A program made the position numbers and the translations under genes. Shown here one piece after another: positions 1-9,409 of a stretch of 64,000 bases of DNA. Location: assembly GCA_016794505.1 (NCBI GenBank), contig JAEUJZ010000049.1, positions 136-64,135 on the forward strand, in the 5' to 3' direction. This stretch comes from Myxococcales bacterium. GTDB lineage: Bacteria > Myxococcota_A > Polyangia > Palsa-1104 > JAEUJZ01. The notes beneath the pieces are model-generated. The model did no database searches and was not told the DNA's origin. It saw only the letters and a program-made list of their open reading frames with translations. Positions within the stretch are counted from its first letter, which is position 1; every line of letters starts with the position of its first letter.

Positions 1-421
1 GGCTGCCATGGCCGCCTTCGCCGGGTATCTGGTCATCTTGGTGAAGCAGGTCTTGGACGTGCTGAAAGAGACAGACTCGCAAGGCCGGGCTGCACTGGTC
101 GGTGTGCAGCGGCTGGGCTGGCAGGCGCTGGCCTTGGCGCCTGTTGCAGCGCTGGCCTATGGCGGGGCCTGGCTCTGTGGGCAGCAGCTAGCCAATGCTG
201 CAACGCGCGATCTGCGCAACGACCTCTTGGCGCACTTGGTGCAACTCGACTTGGGCTTTCACCAGCGCATGTCGCGCGGCGATCTGCTGAGCCGCATGAC
301 CGCCGATGTCGAAACCACAGGTGAGCTCTTTGGTCAGATTTTCGGCAAGCTGCTGCAGCGTCCTGCCGAGGCCATCGGGACGGTGTTTTTTCTGTTCTAT
401 GTGTCTTCAAATCAAGGCTAG
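1..421 (+). pseudogene. 5' portion of an MsbA-like ABC exporter gene (transmembrane domain, TM2-TM3 region), truncated by insertion; element-derived tail SNQG-stop
   Basis: ORF 8..421 translation has the ABC-exporter TMD motif RNDLLAHLVQLDLGFHQRMSRGDLLSRMTADVE; the reading frame runs off the window start; it ends FYVS + 4 foreign codons; the continuation of the same protein is at 36950. Confidence 0.6.
392..403. repeat. att-like junction 1 (ctgttctatgtg), left boundary of inserted DNA
   Basis: 12-bp sequence repeated at 6020-6031 and contained in 8371-8400; lies at the point where the ABC reading frame diverges. Confidence 0.55.
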
Positions 422-510
422 CGAGCCCTGCGATTTCGCGGACTTGTGGCGCAGGTACGAAAAGCAAGCGGTGTGCGGCTGGCGATCTCGACGGGCCGCG
501 CAGGCCAGCC

Positions 511-532
511 ATGGGATCAAGATGGGATCAAC
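511..532 (+). promoter_or_regulatory. tandem 11-bp direct repeats atgggatcaa(g/c) upstream of integrase 1
   Basis: two adjacent copies, about 35 bp upstream of the int start; candidate arm-type or regulatory sites. Confidence 0.25.
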
Positions 533-564
533 AAGCGTGATACGATGGCGCGCGGGGGCGGCCT

Positions 565-1647
565 GTGGGCGAAGTACTAAAGCGGGGTGGCGGCTGGAGC
601 CTGCGCTTCTATGAAGGAGGCAAGCGCCGCGTGCTGGCGAGCAAGCAGCGAAGCCATGCTGACGCCAAGCGCATGCTGCTGGAAATCGAAGCGCGGATCG
701 CGCGTGGTGAGCTCGGAATCGCCGAGCGTCGCGCGTCCTGGCCCACGGTTGCTGCGCTCATCGAACAGTTCCTGACAACGTACAGTCGTCCGTCGCTGAA
801 GGATGTCGAGCGATATCGGGCCCGTACCCGAGCCGTGCTGCAAAAAGTGTTGCCGGTCTTGGGATCGCTCTCGGTGAATAGGGTTCAGTCGAGTGACGTC
901 GCCGCGCTGCGCGATCAGCTTGCCCAGATGTCCAAAGCGGGCACGGTTCGCAACACATTGATGTGTCTAAGTGCCGCCTTCTCTTGGGCCGTGCGGCAGG
1001 GACTGGCGCCGCACAATCCCTGCCGGGGCGTCGAGAAGCCTGCGCATCGAGAGAACCTCGACTTTTTCAGCCGCGAAGAAGTCAGCGCGTTGATTCGCTG
1101 CTGTGAAGAGCGGGCAAGGTCTGGTGCGCTGCTTGATCAGCTGCAGCACGCACGCGTGCTGGTGGCGCTGCACACCGGCCTGCGTAAGGGCGAGCTGTGT
1201 GGTCTGCGCTGGCGTGATCTGGATATCCCGACGCGTCGTCTGACGGTGGCTCGCAGCTATGCGAGCACGCCGAAGTCAGGAAAGTCGCGCCATCTGCGCT
1301 TGCCTGAAGTGGTTGTTCCCGTTTTGACGGACTGGGCGCAGCGCTGTCCGCGCACCGATCAAGGGTTGGTCTTTCCACACCGCGGCCGGCAGGGCTGGAC
1401 TCTTTCGACCAACACCAGCGACTTGCTGGATCTGCCGTCGCTCCTGGAAGCTGCTGGCTGCCGACGCGTCAGCCATCCCTGGCACGTCCTGCGTCACACC
1501 TTCGCCAGTCACTTCATCATGTCGGGGGGCAATATTCTCACCCTGCAAAAGATCTTGGGACACAGCGATGTGAAGATCACCCTGATCTATGCGCACCTCG
1601 CTCCCGACTTTTTGGGAGACGAGATGAATCGAGTGAGGTTTGGGTAG
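565..1647 (+). CDS. tyrosine site-specific recombinase (phage-type integrase)
   Basis: C-terminal catalytic region HVLRHTFASHFIMSGG...LGHSDVKITLIYAHL (R..H..R..Y box); GTG start; about 60-85% similar to the second integrase at 7123-8256. Confidence 0.85.
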   Translation: MGEVLKRGGGWSLRFYEGGKRRVLASKQRSHADAKRMLLEIEARIARGELGIAERRASWPTVAALIEQFLTTYSRPSLKDVERYRARTRAVLQKVLPVLGSLSVNRVQSSDVAALRDQLAQMSKAGTVRNTLMCLSAAFSWAVRQGLAPHNPCRGVEKPAHRENLDFFSREEVSALIRCCEERARSGALLDQLQHARVLVALHTGLRKGELCGLRWRDLDIPTRRLTVARSYASTPKSGKSRHLRLPEVVVPVLTDWAQRCPRTDQGLVFPHRGRQGWTLSTNTSDLLDLPSLLEAAGCRRVSHPWHVLRHTFASHFIMSGGNILTLQKILGHSDVKITLIYAHLAPDFLGDEMNRVRFG

Positions 1648-1812
1648 CGCAACTCTCACGTTGCCCGCGCCGAGCGTGTGCCGACGCGCAGGGTGTGACG
1701 CATCCACCATGGCAGGCTGCGCCGTACTGGCTCTGAGCACGCTTCGACGCATGAAAGGTGATTGCATCGGCGCGTCGCGTTATGCGAACCTACTAACATA
1801 GGAGGAATTTTT

Positions 1813-3591
1813 ATGTCGACTCGTATGCATCCACTAAGAAACAACAAGCGCTGGTGTGCGCTGCTGGCTCCGCTGGTTCTCGCCGCTTCGCTCTTTGGCA
1901 GCACTGCGCACGCGCGGACGGATGTCTGCTATCAGGGCGGAGTCAATCTTCCCAACTTCAAGCTGAACGGAACGGCCAAGCTGAACGGCACGACGCTGCT
2001 GGTTACTCCAGATCTGAACAACCAGCTTGGCTCGGCCATGTTTACTCCGACGTTTGCTGCGAACTCAGACATCCACATTCAGCTGCAGCTTCAGATCACA
2101 ACGAGTGCAGGAGGCGGCGGTGGGGCCGATGGCATGGCCTTTGTCATGCATCGCGACCCGCGTGGCGCTGCCGCACTGGGGGATCCCGGTGGAGCGATTG
2201 GGTATGGCGGCGGCACCAAGATTACGCCGAGCGTAGCGGTCGAGATGGATACGTTCACCAACGGTGGGGATCCCAACGCCAACCACATCGGTGTGACGTT
2301 GGACGGGGACACGATGACGCACGTTGCCGCGTACACTCCGCCGTTTGTGATGAAGACCGTTGGCACTCCGTTTTATGTCTGGATCGATTACACGGCGGCA
2401 AACACGCTGCTCGAAGTCTTTGTGTCGCAGAATGCCACCAAGCCAGCGACGGCACAGCTGACGACCAACATCAACATCGCGCAGCGCTTCGGCAATCAGC
2501 CCTTCTACATGGGCTTTACCGGATCGACGGGTGGGGCGAGATCGCAGCACGAGATTCTGAACTTCATCGCGTCCGACACAGCCGCGACCGTCTGCTGTAC
2601 GCAGAACAGTGACTGCGCGGGCAATCCACTGGGCGGAATCTGCGACACCGTGAAGCACGTCTGTGGCCAGTGTACGCCGACCAACTTGAGCGCATGCACC
2701 ATGGCGATGCCGGGCTGTGACATTGGCGGCGCCAGCAACGTCTGCATCGGCGGCTGCATGGGCAATCACATGAGCGGCAACGCGGCAGCCTGCCAGAATG
2801 CATCGGCTCCCTTCTGCATTCCCAGTGGGCCCACGGCTGGCTCATGCGTCGGCTGCAATGGCAACAACGGATCGGGCGCACTCTTCGAGTGCCCGGCTGG
2901 TGCTCCGAGCTGCAATGCGAGCGGCTTCTGCGGTCTGTGCAACAGCAATGCGGACTGCACAGCGACCTGTGACATGACCAGCAAGACCTGTCAGCCCTGC
3001 AATGGCGACAACGGCAGTGCAGCCAGCAATGCCTGCCCCAATTCGGCGTCACCGCTTTGTGATGCGCTGGGCAACTGCCGCAAGTGTACTCGCGACACTG
3101 ACTGCACGACGGGGACGCACGCCGGTCCGTTCTGCAACACCACATCGGGTATTTGCTCGACGAGCTGCTCGAACGATGCACAGTGCGGCGCGGGCATGTG
3201 GTGCAACACGAACAGCGGCGACGGTACGAAGTGTGAAAACGTTCTCACCAATGGCCAGCCTCTACCCGGCACCACCGTATGCACGCCCGAGCTTGCCCTG
3301 CGCGCCTGCGAAAGCCAGGCATGCAACCCGAGCAACAACCAGTGTGTGGAGTGTGCCGTCGATTCAGACTGCGACACTGCGGGCCAGGTCTGCAGCAACT
3401 TCGTCTGCAAAGCGGCGCCGATGCCCCCAGCGGATGTGTTTTCGTTCGCGGGTGGTGGCTTTGGCTGTAGCTGCAACGTCGGAAGCCACACCAGCAGCAG
3501 CGCGTCCACGCTCGCAGTCGCGGCATGCCTGGCACTGCTGGCTGCACGGACGTGGCGCCGCCGACGGCAGGACCGCGTATCCGCTAACTAG
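1813..3591 (+). CDS. secreted L-type (legume-like) lectin domain protein with Cys-rich repeats and C-terminal MYXO-CTERM sorting signal
   Basis: SD aggagg before the ATG at 1813; signal peptide; ConA-like lectin region; many C..C.N.N.DC repeats; C-terminal GGFGCSCN...hydrophobic...RRRRQ tail. Confidence 0.7.
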   Translation: MSTRMHPLRNNKRWCALLAPLVLAASLFGSTAHARTDVCYQGGVNLPNFKLNGTAKLNGTTLLVTPDLNNQLGSAMFTPTFAANSDIHIQLQLQITTSAGGGGGADGMAFVMHRDPRGAAALGDPGGAIGYGGGTKITPSVAVEMDTFTNGGDPNANHIGVTLDGDTMTHVAAYTPPFVMKTVGTPFYVWIDYTAANTLLEVFVSQNATKPATAQLTTNINIAQRFGNQPFYMGFTGSTGGARSQHEILNFIASDTAATVCCTQNSDCAGNPLGGICDTVKHVCGQCTPTNLSACTMAMPGCDIGGASNVCIGGCMGNHMSGNAAACQNASAPFCIPSGPTAGSCVGCNGNNGSGALFECPAGAPSCNASGFCGLCNSNADCTATCDMTSKTCQPCNGDNGSAASNACPNSASPLCDALGNCRKCTRDTDCTTGTHAGPFCNTTSGICSTSCSNDAQCGAGMWCNTNSGDGTKCENVLTNGQPLPGTTVCTPELALRACESQACNPSNNQCVECAVDSDCDTAGQVCSNFVCKAAPMPPADVFSFAGGGFGCSCNVGSHTSSSASTLAVAACLALLAARTWRRRRQDRVSAN

Positions 3592-3635
3592 GGTTTAACC
3601 AGCTCGAACTCGCACTCCGCAAAGGGGGTTCCATC

Positions 3636-5843
3636 GTGCGTCGCCTTGCTTATCTTCGACAGGTATCGGCCATCGCTGCGTTCGTCGGTGGTCTTGGCAG
3701 CGTCGTCTCGACGGCGCAGGCTCAGACTGCGACGCCGGCCAACGGCTTCCAGGTCAATCGCTACGAGCCCACAAGTGCCGGTGAGTGGTCACTCATGGTC
3801 GACCACCCTTGGTACAGCTCGATGCGCTACTTCGCCGCCGGCATTACTCTGAACTATGCACATGCACCGCTGGTCGTCGGCACGCGCGACGCCAACGGGG
3901 TGTTCACGCGAAACGGGGCGGCGATTGCGCATCAGCTCTTGGGGCACGTCGATCTCGCTGGGTCCTTTTTGGATCGCGTGCAGATCTCGGCGACGCTGCC
4001 GATCACGCTGCTGGAACGCGATGATCCGATGGGTATCGCGGCGATGCGTGGTGTATCGCTGGTGTCCTCTGTGGCAGTGGGAGATCCGCGCTTCGGGCTC
4101 AAGGTGCGGCTGTTTGGCCAGCCGTACCGCGGCGCTATCTCGATGAGCTTGGGGGCCGATGTCTGGGTGCCGGTGAATGCGCTCGCCGGCAATCCGTTTC
4201 CGGCGCAGGTCGGCGAAAGTAGCGTGCGTATCCTGCCTAAGCTGATGCTGGGCGGGCTGTCGCACGGTGTGATGTGGTCGCTGAACGCGGGCTTCCTGTA
4301 CCGGCCGTTTGGCACGGTGGCGGGTCAGGCGGCAGCACCGGGCAACACCATGGACTCTGAGCTGCAGATCGGAGCCATGATTGGCTACGCCAGCTATGAG
4401 AAGCGCTTCGCGATCGGACCGGAAGCGCTGCTTAGCACCATGGTGGGGCTGAACCAGCCGGGCACGGCCTTTAAGCAGGACTACACCAGCCTCGAAGTCC
4501 TGCTCGGCATCCACTACAACATCGCCAAGATTCTGCAGCTCAGCATCGGCGGTGGCGTGGGCCTATTGCGTGAACCTGGCACGCCGGACGCTCGCGGGCT
4601 CTTGCGCCTGTCCTATGCGCCGATCCGCGAAGAGAAGCCCAAGGATCGCGACGGCGACAGCATCCCAGATAAGCGCGATGCTTGTCCCGATGAGCCGGGG
4701 GTCGTGACGACGGATCCGATGACCAATGGCTGCCCGCCGCCGCCCAAGGATAGCGATGGCGATGGCATCGTTGATCCGCAGGATCAGTGCCCGACCGAGC
4801 CGCAGGGCAAGCATCCGCACCCAAGTCGCCGAGGCTGCCCGAACACGGACAAAGACGGCGATGGTGTCTTCGACAACGAAGACAAGTGCATCGACGAACC
4901 CGCAGGCAAGGACGCCGATGCCGACCTGCCCGGCTGCCCGCTGCGTGACAAGGATGGCGACGGCTTCTTCGACAAGCAGGATCAGTGTGTCGACACGCCC
5001 GCTGGCGCCAACCCCGATCCAAGCAAGCCCGGTTGCCCAGACAAGGACAGCGACAACGACGGAGTCTATGACGCCAAGGATCAGTGCAAGGACGTGCCGT
5101 CGGGCTTCAATCCTGACCCTGAAAAGCCCGGCTGCCCCTTGCCCGACCGCGACAACGACAAGGTGCCGGACAAGGTCGACGCTTGCCCGGACAAGCCTGG
5201 TGCGCCGAACACCGACCCGAAGAAGAACGGCTGCCCTGGCTTGGTCGAGATGAAGGACGGCCAGATCGTGATCCTCAAGCAGGTGTTCTTCGCGACCAAC
5301 AAAGACGTCGTGCTGAAGAACAGCTTCCCGGTGCTGGATGCGGTGGTTGCGACGCTGAAGATCATGACCCAGGTCAAGAAGGTCGCCGTCGAAGGACACA
5401 CCGACAACAAGGGCCAGGCCGACAAGAACCGCGATCTGTCAAACCGCCGCGCCAAGAGCGTCGTGAAGTACTTGGTCGATCACGGCATCGACGCCGGCCG
5501 CCTTGAGGCCATGGGCTATGGCCCGGATCGCCCGATCGCGGACAACAAGACGGAAAAAGGCCGCGCCAAGAACCGTCGCACGGATTTCCGTATCGTCGAT
5601 CCGCCTTCAGCAAATCCCGCGCAGGCGCCTGCCCCCAGCGCAAGCCCGCCGGCCAACACGCAGTCTGAGGCTCCTGCCAAGCAGCCGTCTGAGGTCAAAA
5701 AGACGGACAAGGCGGACAAGGCCGGCAAGGGCAAGCCCGCTCAGAAGGCGCCGTCGAGCCAACCCGCCAAACAGAAGAATGCTGCAGCGCCCAAGGCGGC
5801 CGCTGCGGCCAAGGCGGGCAAGGCGCCCAAGAAGGCCAAGTAG
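3636..5843 (+). CDS. OmpA-family outer-membrane protein with thrombospondin type-3 (Ca-binding) repeats and Lys/Ala-rich tail
   Basis: GTG start after aaaggggg; signal peptide; repeated D.D.DG..D..D motifs; OmpA_C motif GHTDNKG...NRRAKSV...NRRTDFRIV. Confidence 0.8.
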   Translation: MRRLAYLRQVSAIAAFVGGLGSVVSTAQAQTATPANGFQVNRYEPTSAGEWSLMVDHPWYSSMRYFAAGITLNYAHAPLVVGTRDANGVFTRNGAAIAHQLLGHVDLAGSFLDRVQISATLPITLLERDDPMGIAAMRGVSLVSSVAVGDPRFGLKVRLFGQPYRGAISMSLGADVWVPVNALAGNPFPAQVGESSVRILPKLMLGGLSHGVMWSLNAGFLYRPFGTVAGQAAAPGNTMDSELQIGAMIGYASYEKRFAIGPEALLSTMVGLNQPGTAFKQDYTSLEVLLGIHYNIAKILQLSIGGGVGLLREPGTPDARGLLRLSYAPIREEKPKDRDGDSIPDKRDACPDEPGVVTTDPMTNGCPPPPKDSDGDGIVDPQDQCPTEPQGKHPHPSRRGCPNTDKDGDGVFDNEDKCIDEPAGKDADADLPGCPLRDKDGDGFFDKQDQCVDTPAGANPDPSKPGCPDKDSDNDGVYDAKDQCKDVPSGFNPDPEKPGCPLPDRDNDKVPDKVDACPDKPGAPNTDPKKNGCPGLVEMKDGQIVILKQVFFATNKDVVLKNSFPVLDAVVATLKIMTQVKKVAVEGHTDNKGQADKNRDLSNRRAKSVVKYLVDHGIDAGRLEAMGYGPDRPIADNKTEKGRAKNRRTDFRIVDPPSANPAQAPAPSASPPANTQSEAPAKQPSEVKKTDKADKAGKGKPAQKAPSSQPAKQKNAAAPKAAAAAKAGKAPKKAK

Positions 5844-5901
5844 TCGGTACTTCCTGTATTCTTCCGTTTTCATTCCTTTTTCCCCGAAATGACAACTCGA
5901 T

Positions 5902-5940
5902 GAGCCTGCTTCCATCAGGGGAAGCAGGCTCTGCTTTGCC
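5902..5940 (+). terminator. rho-independent terminator hairpin downstream of the OmpA-TSP3 gene
   Basis: perfect 12-bp stem gagcctgcttcc/ggaagcaggctc with a 6-nt loop, followed by a T-rich tgctttg. Confidence 0.6.
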
Positions 5941-6018
5941 GCAGAGTCTCGCGGGATCAGCACGGGATCGCGTTCACCCGTCTCCGTCGGCGATTGCGTC
6001 GAGGCGCCAGCTTGTGTG

Positions 6019-6036
6019 CCTGTTCTATGTGAACTG
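6019..6036. repeat. att-like junction 2 (cctgttctatgtgaactg) between E1 and E2
   Basis: shares 12 bp with junction 1 and 16 bp (tgttctatgtgaactg) with junction 3. Confidence 0.55.
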
Positions 6037-6431
6037 AAGGCACGAGGCATGCAGCGACGGCTGAGCAGAGCAATTCGGCAGGCGTCGTCCCAGGAGCGTC
6101 CGGTTCCCAACGGCTGCCTGCGAAGTCCGTTTTCCATCCTGGGCATCACCGAAGCTCGGACTGGATCGGCCCGACAGCCGCGGGCTGCAGGTTGAACAAG
6201 GTTGGGCAGAGCGCCGCATGTCCCAGGCGAACCAGGCACGAGGCGCAGGCGACCGCGAAAAGACCCAGGACCATATTGTGCCGCCTAGCGCACTTCGTTA
6301 TGGTGTGCGCCTCACCAAGCCACTCCTATGTCGAGCTGTGCGGTGTCTGACGATCAGCCCCGATGCCGCCTGACCCGAGCGGCAGTCTGAGCCGCTCTTC
6401 CACAAAGCCTGCTAGCCAAGGAGGTCCGTTC

Positions 6432-7043
6432 ATGTGTACACCGACGCTTCGCCGTATTGCCCCCTTCTGTCTTCTCGGACTGTTTGCCGCCTGTGGTCAG
6501 CCCGTCGATGATCCAGCAGCGCAGCAGCCCGAAGAGGCGCTAGAGAACACGCCGCCCGGTCTGATCGTCTTCGATGAAGGCGCACCGCTGCCGGCGGACT
6601 TCGTCATCCAGGCGCTCACCGCCAGCGAGCAGACCACGATGCTTAGCACGGTCAACGCCAAGCGAACCCGCGGCGCCACCTGCGGCACCACGGCCTACTC
6701 GGCTGCACCGGCTCTGGTCACCAATGCCAAGCTGGTACAGGCGGCCGAAGGCCATGCCGCGGACATGGCGGCGCGCAACTACTTCAGCCACTACACCCAG
6801 GGGACCAACGCCAATCCGGGGCAGCGCATCACGGCCACCGGATACAAGTGGTCAACCTACGGCGAAAACATCGCCGCCGGGCAGACCTCGATCGCCGCCG
6901 CCGTCGATAGCTGGTACAAGAGCGCGGGGCACTGCGCGAACTTCATGAACAAGAACTTCACGCAGGCTGGCTTCGGCAAGGGCTACAGCGCTAGCTCGAC
7001 GTACAAGAACTATTGGGTCGCGGTGATGGCGAAGCCGCTCTAG
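6432..7043 (+). CDS. CAP/SCP/PR-1-like domain lipoprotein
   Basis: SD aaggagg before the ATG at 6432; lipobox LFAAC; CAP signature region GHCANFMNKNFTQAGFGKGYS and GENIAAG. Confidence 0.65.
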   Translation: MCTPTLRRIAPFCLLGLFAACGQPVDDPAAQQPEEALENTPPGLIVFDEGAPLPADFVIQALTASEQTTMLSTVNAKRTRGATCGTTAYSAAPALVTNAKLVQAAEGHAADMAARNYFSHYTQGTNANPGQRITATGYKWSTYGENIAAGQTSIAAAVDSWYKSAGHCANFMNKNFTQAGFGKGYSASSTYKNYWVAVMAKPL

Positions 7044-7122
7044 CCCACGTGCAGGTGCCCCTGTGATGTGGGCGCCTGGGTGGCTTTCATCGCGGGGGCT
7101 TTGCGAACGCCAAGACAGCGCT

Positions 7123-8256
7123 CTAGAAGTCGACGCGATTCATCTCGTCCCCAAGAAAGTCGGGGGCCAAGTGGGCGTAGAGTAGCGTGGTCTTGACGTC
7201 GCTGTGCCCGAGGATCTTCTGCAGCGCCAAGAGGTTGCCACCGTTCATGATGTAGTGGCTCGCGAACGTGTGGCGCAGCGCATGCCAGGGATTGGGTAGG
7301 ACGCGAACCCCCGCCGCACGCAGCAGCGCCGGCAAGCCCAAAAGGGCGCTGCTGCGTGATTCCATACCCCAGGTTCCTCGTCGCTGTTTCACTGGAAACA
7401 CCAGCCCCGCATCGGTCTTGGGGCAGCACTGTGCCCAGTCTTGAAGGTGCGAGATCACGGCATCCGGCAGACGCAGGTGGCGCGCCTTGCCGGACTTGGG
7501 TGTACCGCGATAGCTGCGGGCGATGGTCAGACGCTTGCTCGTAACGTCCAGATCGCGCCAGCGCAGGCCCAAGAGCTCGCCTTTGCGGACGCCGGTATGC
7601 AGCGTAAAGAGCACACGCAGATAGAGCAGCTTGGCGTCGACATCGCTCTGCGCTTCCGGGCGAGCAGCGCCAAGCAGCGTGCGAACCTCGTCCTTGCTCC
7701 AAAAGTCCAGAGCGCTGGGTGAGGCTGGCTTTTCGATCCCGCGCGTTGGGTTGCTTGGCACCAGTCCCTGACGCACGGCCCATGAAAAAATCAGGCCCAG
7801 CGTGCTGAGTACGTTGCGCACGGTTCCGGCACCTCGCGTTGCGGCCAAGCGATCTCGCAGCCGAGTGACATCTGTGGCGCGCAGGGCATGCGCGGGTGTG
7901 CTGCCGATCGCTGACAAGGCCGTAGACAGCACGGCGCGCACGCGTGCTCGATAGGCAGCCAGATCCTTGATGCGAGGCCGGCTGTATTCGACAAGAAATC
8001 GCTCGGTCAGCTCGGCCAATGTCAGCTTGGTCTGATGCGCAGGGACGCCCACCTCGCCACGAGCGATGCGCGCCTCGATCTGCACGAGCAGCTTGCGCGC
8101 CTCGGCATACGTTGGCTGCTTGCTCGCGATCTGACGACGCCTGCCCTGTTCATAGAAGCGCAGATAGAAGCCGATGAAGCGACCGCGGCGAACGCACTTG
8201 ATGACTTCGCCCAAGACATCCCCCGTGGCGATCGTAGCACGCGAGCGTCGTCCCAC
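7123..8256 (-). CDS. tyrosine site-specific recombinase (phage-type integrase), paralog of 565-1647
   Basis: WHALRHTFASHYIMNGG...LGHSDVKTTLLYAHLAPDFLGDEMNRVDF; N-terminal LRFYEQGRRRQIASKQ matches int1. Confidence 0.85.
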   Translation of the reverse strand: MGRRSRATIATGDVLGEVIKCVRRGRFIGFYLRFYEQGRRRQIASKQPTYAEARKLLVQIEARIARGEVGVPAHQTKLTLAELTERFLVEYSRPRIKDLAAYRARVRAVLSTALSAIGSTPAHALRATDVTRLRDRLAATRGAGTVRNVLSTLGLIFSWAVRQGLVPSNPTRGIEKPASPSALDFWSKDEVRTLLGAARPEAQSDVDAKLLYLRVLFTLHTGVRKGELLGLRWRDLDVTSKRLTIARSYRGTPKSGKARHLRLPDAVISHLQDWAQCCPKTDAGLVFPVKQRRGTWGMESRSSALLGLPALLRAAGVRVLPNPWHALRHTFASHYIMNGGNLLALQKILGHSDVKTTLLYAHLAPDFLGDEMNRVDF

Positions 8257-8370
8257 CGTCGTCCTCTAGCCAGGTGTATTCTGCGTCGAGAACGAGCGCT
8301 GGAGCCTTGCCGAAGTGGGACCGCAGTGCCGTAACCCCGCGAAACCACAGCGAGCCGCGACCATTCAGTC

Positions 8371-8400
8371 TTGTTCTATGTGAACTGGCAATTTTCTGCC
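8371..8400. repeat. att-like junction 3; contains an intact copy of the inferred target sequence ttctatgtgaactggcaattttctgcc (encodes FYVNWQFSA)
   Basis: left 16 bp match junction 2 and left 11 bp match junction 1; right 19 bp gaactggcaattttctgcc (8382-8400) are repeated at 36946-36964. Confidence 0.6.
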
Positions 8401-8497
8401 GGCGAAGCGCGATGACGACGGTGAGGGGAGGGAGCAGCGAGCCGAGTGCGGCGCTGGGTATCCCGCGGGCCCGGCGATGGATCGTGGATGAGGGGGA

Positions 8498-9409
8498 CTA
8501 CTCTGCGCCCGGCTCGGTGCTGCGCTCGTTTCGTGCAGCCAGCAGGGCATCGCTGGCCGACGGCGACATCATGGCCGCATCGGTGGCGCGCAAGCCGTCG
8601 AAGCCGACGAAGGCTACGGTGCGGTGGGGGCGAAGCTGCGAAAGCTCATAGAGCGTGTTGTACGCAGCAAAGACGGCCGCATTCTGCTTCAGCTCGGAAA
8701 AGACCTCTCCCATGGCCAGCGGATACTGCGACTTGGCATCGGCGACTAGCTTGGCCACCTTGGCGTCGGTCTCGGCATCCAGCATGGCCACAGCCAAGCG
8801 GCCTTCTTCTTCGATGCGCGCCTTCGCTCGCTCTTTGCGCGCCGCGACCGTCTCGAACATCAGGCGAGAGACTTCCGGCAGCAGGCGCACGTGGCGGACA
8901 AAGGCATTGCTGACCAAGAGGCCCCAGCGCTGACACTCGTCGTGCAGATCGCGCTTGAGGCGTTCGCACAGATCGGTGCGGTCGGTGAGGATGTGATTGA
9001 AGTCGAGGTTTGAAAGGATGGCGCGCGTGGCATGGGACGCCACATTGCGCAAGCTGCGATCCCAGTCCTGGACCGCGAACGCAGCCTTGGCTGGATCGAC
9101 AATGCGGAACTCTAACCACAGATCGACGATCAACGTCGTACCGGTGGCGTCGTTGATCTGGATGTTGTCGATCTCGCGAAAGTCCACTTGCTGTGACACG
9201 CGGCGCAGCGAGATCCACGGCAGCAGCAGGCCAGGGAAGATGTGCAGACCCGGCTCGGTCAGCACGCGATCCAGCTTGCCAAAGCGCGTAATCAGCACGG
9301 CCTCCTCGTCGGGTACTGCGACCACCATCATGCGGAAGATGCGCCACAGGATCAGCGCGCCACCGAGCGCGAGAGACAGCCCAAGGATGAATGCAATCTG
9401 CGGGCTCAT
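8498..9409 (-). CDS. SPFH/band-7 (stomatin/HflC-like) membrane protein
   Basis: N-terminal TM helix plus SPFH domain; 4-bp ATGA start/stop overlap with the upstream paralog. Confidence 0.7.
   Translation of the reverse strand: MSPQIAFILGLSLALGGALILWRIFRMMVVAVPDEEAVLITRFGKLDRVLTEPGLHIFPGLLLPWISLRRVSQQVDFREIDNIQINDATGTTLIVDLWLEFRIVDPAKAAFAVQDWDRSLRNVASHATRAILSNLDFNHILTDRTDLCERLKRDLHDECQRWGLLVSNAFVRHVRLLPEVSRLMFETVAARKERAKARIEEEGRLAVAMLDAETDAKVAKLVADAKSQYPLAMGEVFSELKQNAAVFAAYNTLYELSQLRPHRTVAFVGFDGLRATDAAMMSPSASDALLAARNERSTEPGAE

Noticed and set aside
4563-5399. 278-aa ORF antisense to the OmpA-TSP3 gene
   Set aside because: It is antisense to a motif-rich real gene, with biased composition and no motifs.
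395-8400. Possibility that the integrases target a tRNA gene
   Set aside because: No tRNA-like sequence (T-loop GGTTCGAATCC-type or acceptor stems) was found near any junction. The junction sequence lies inside the ABC coding frame.
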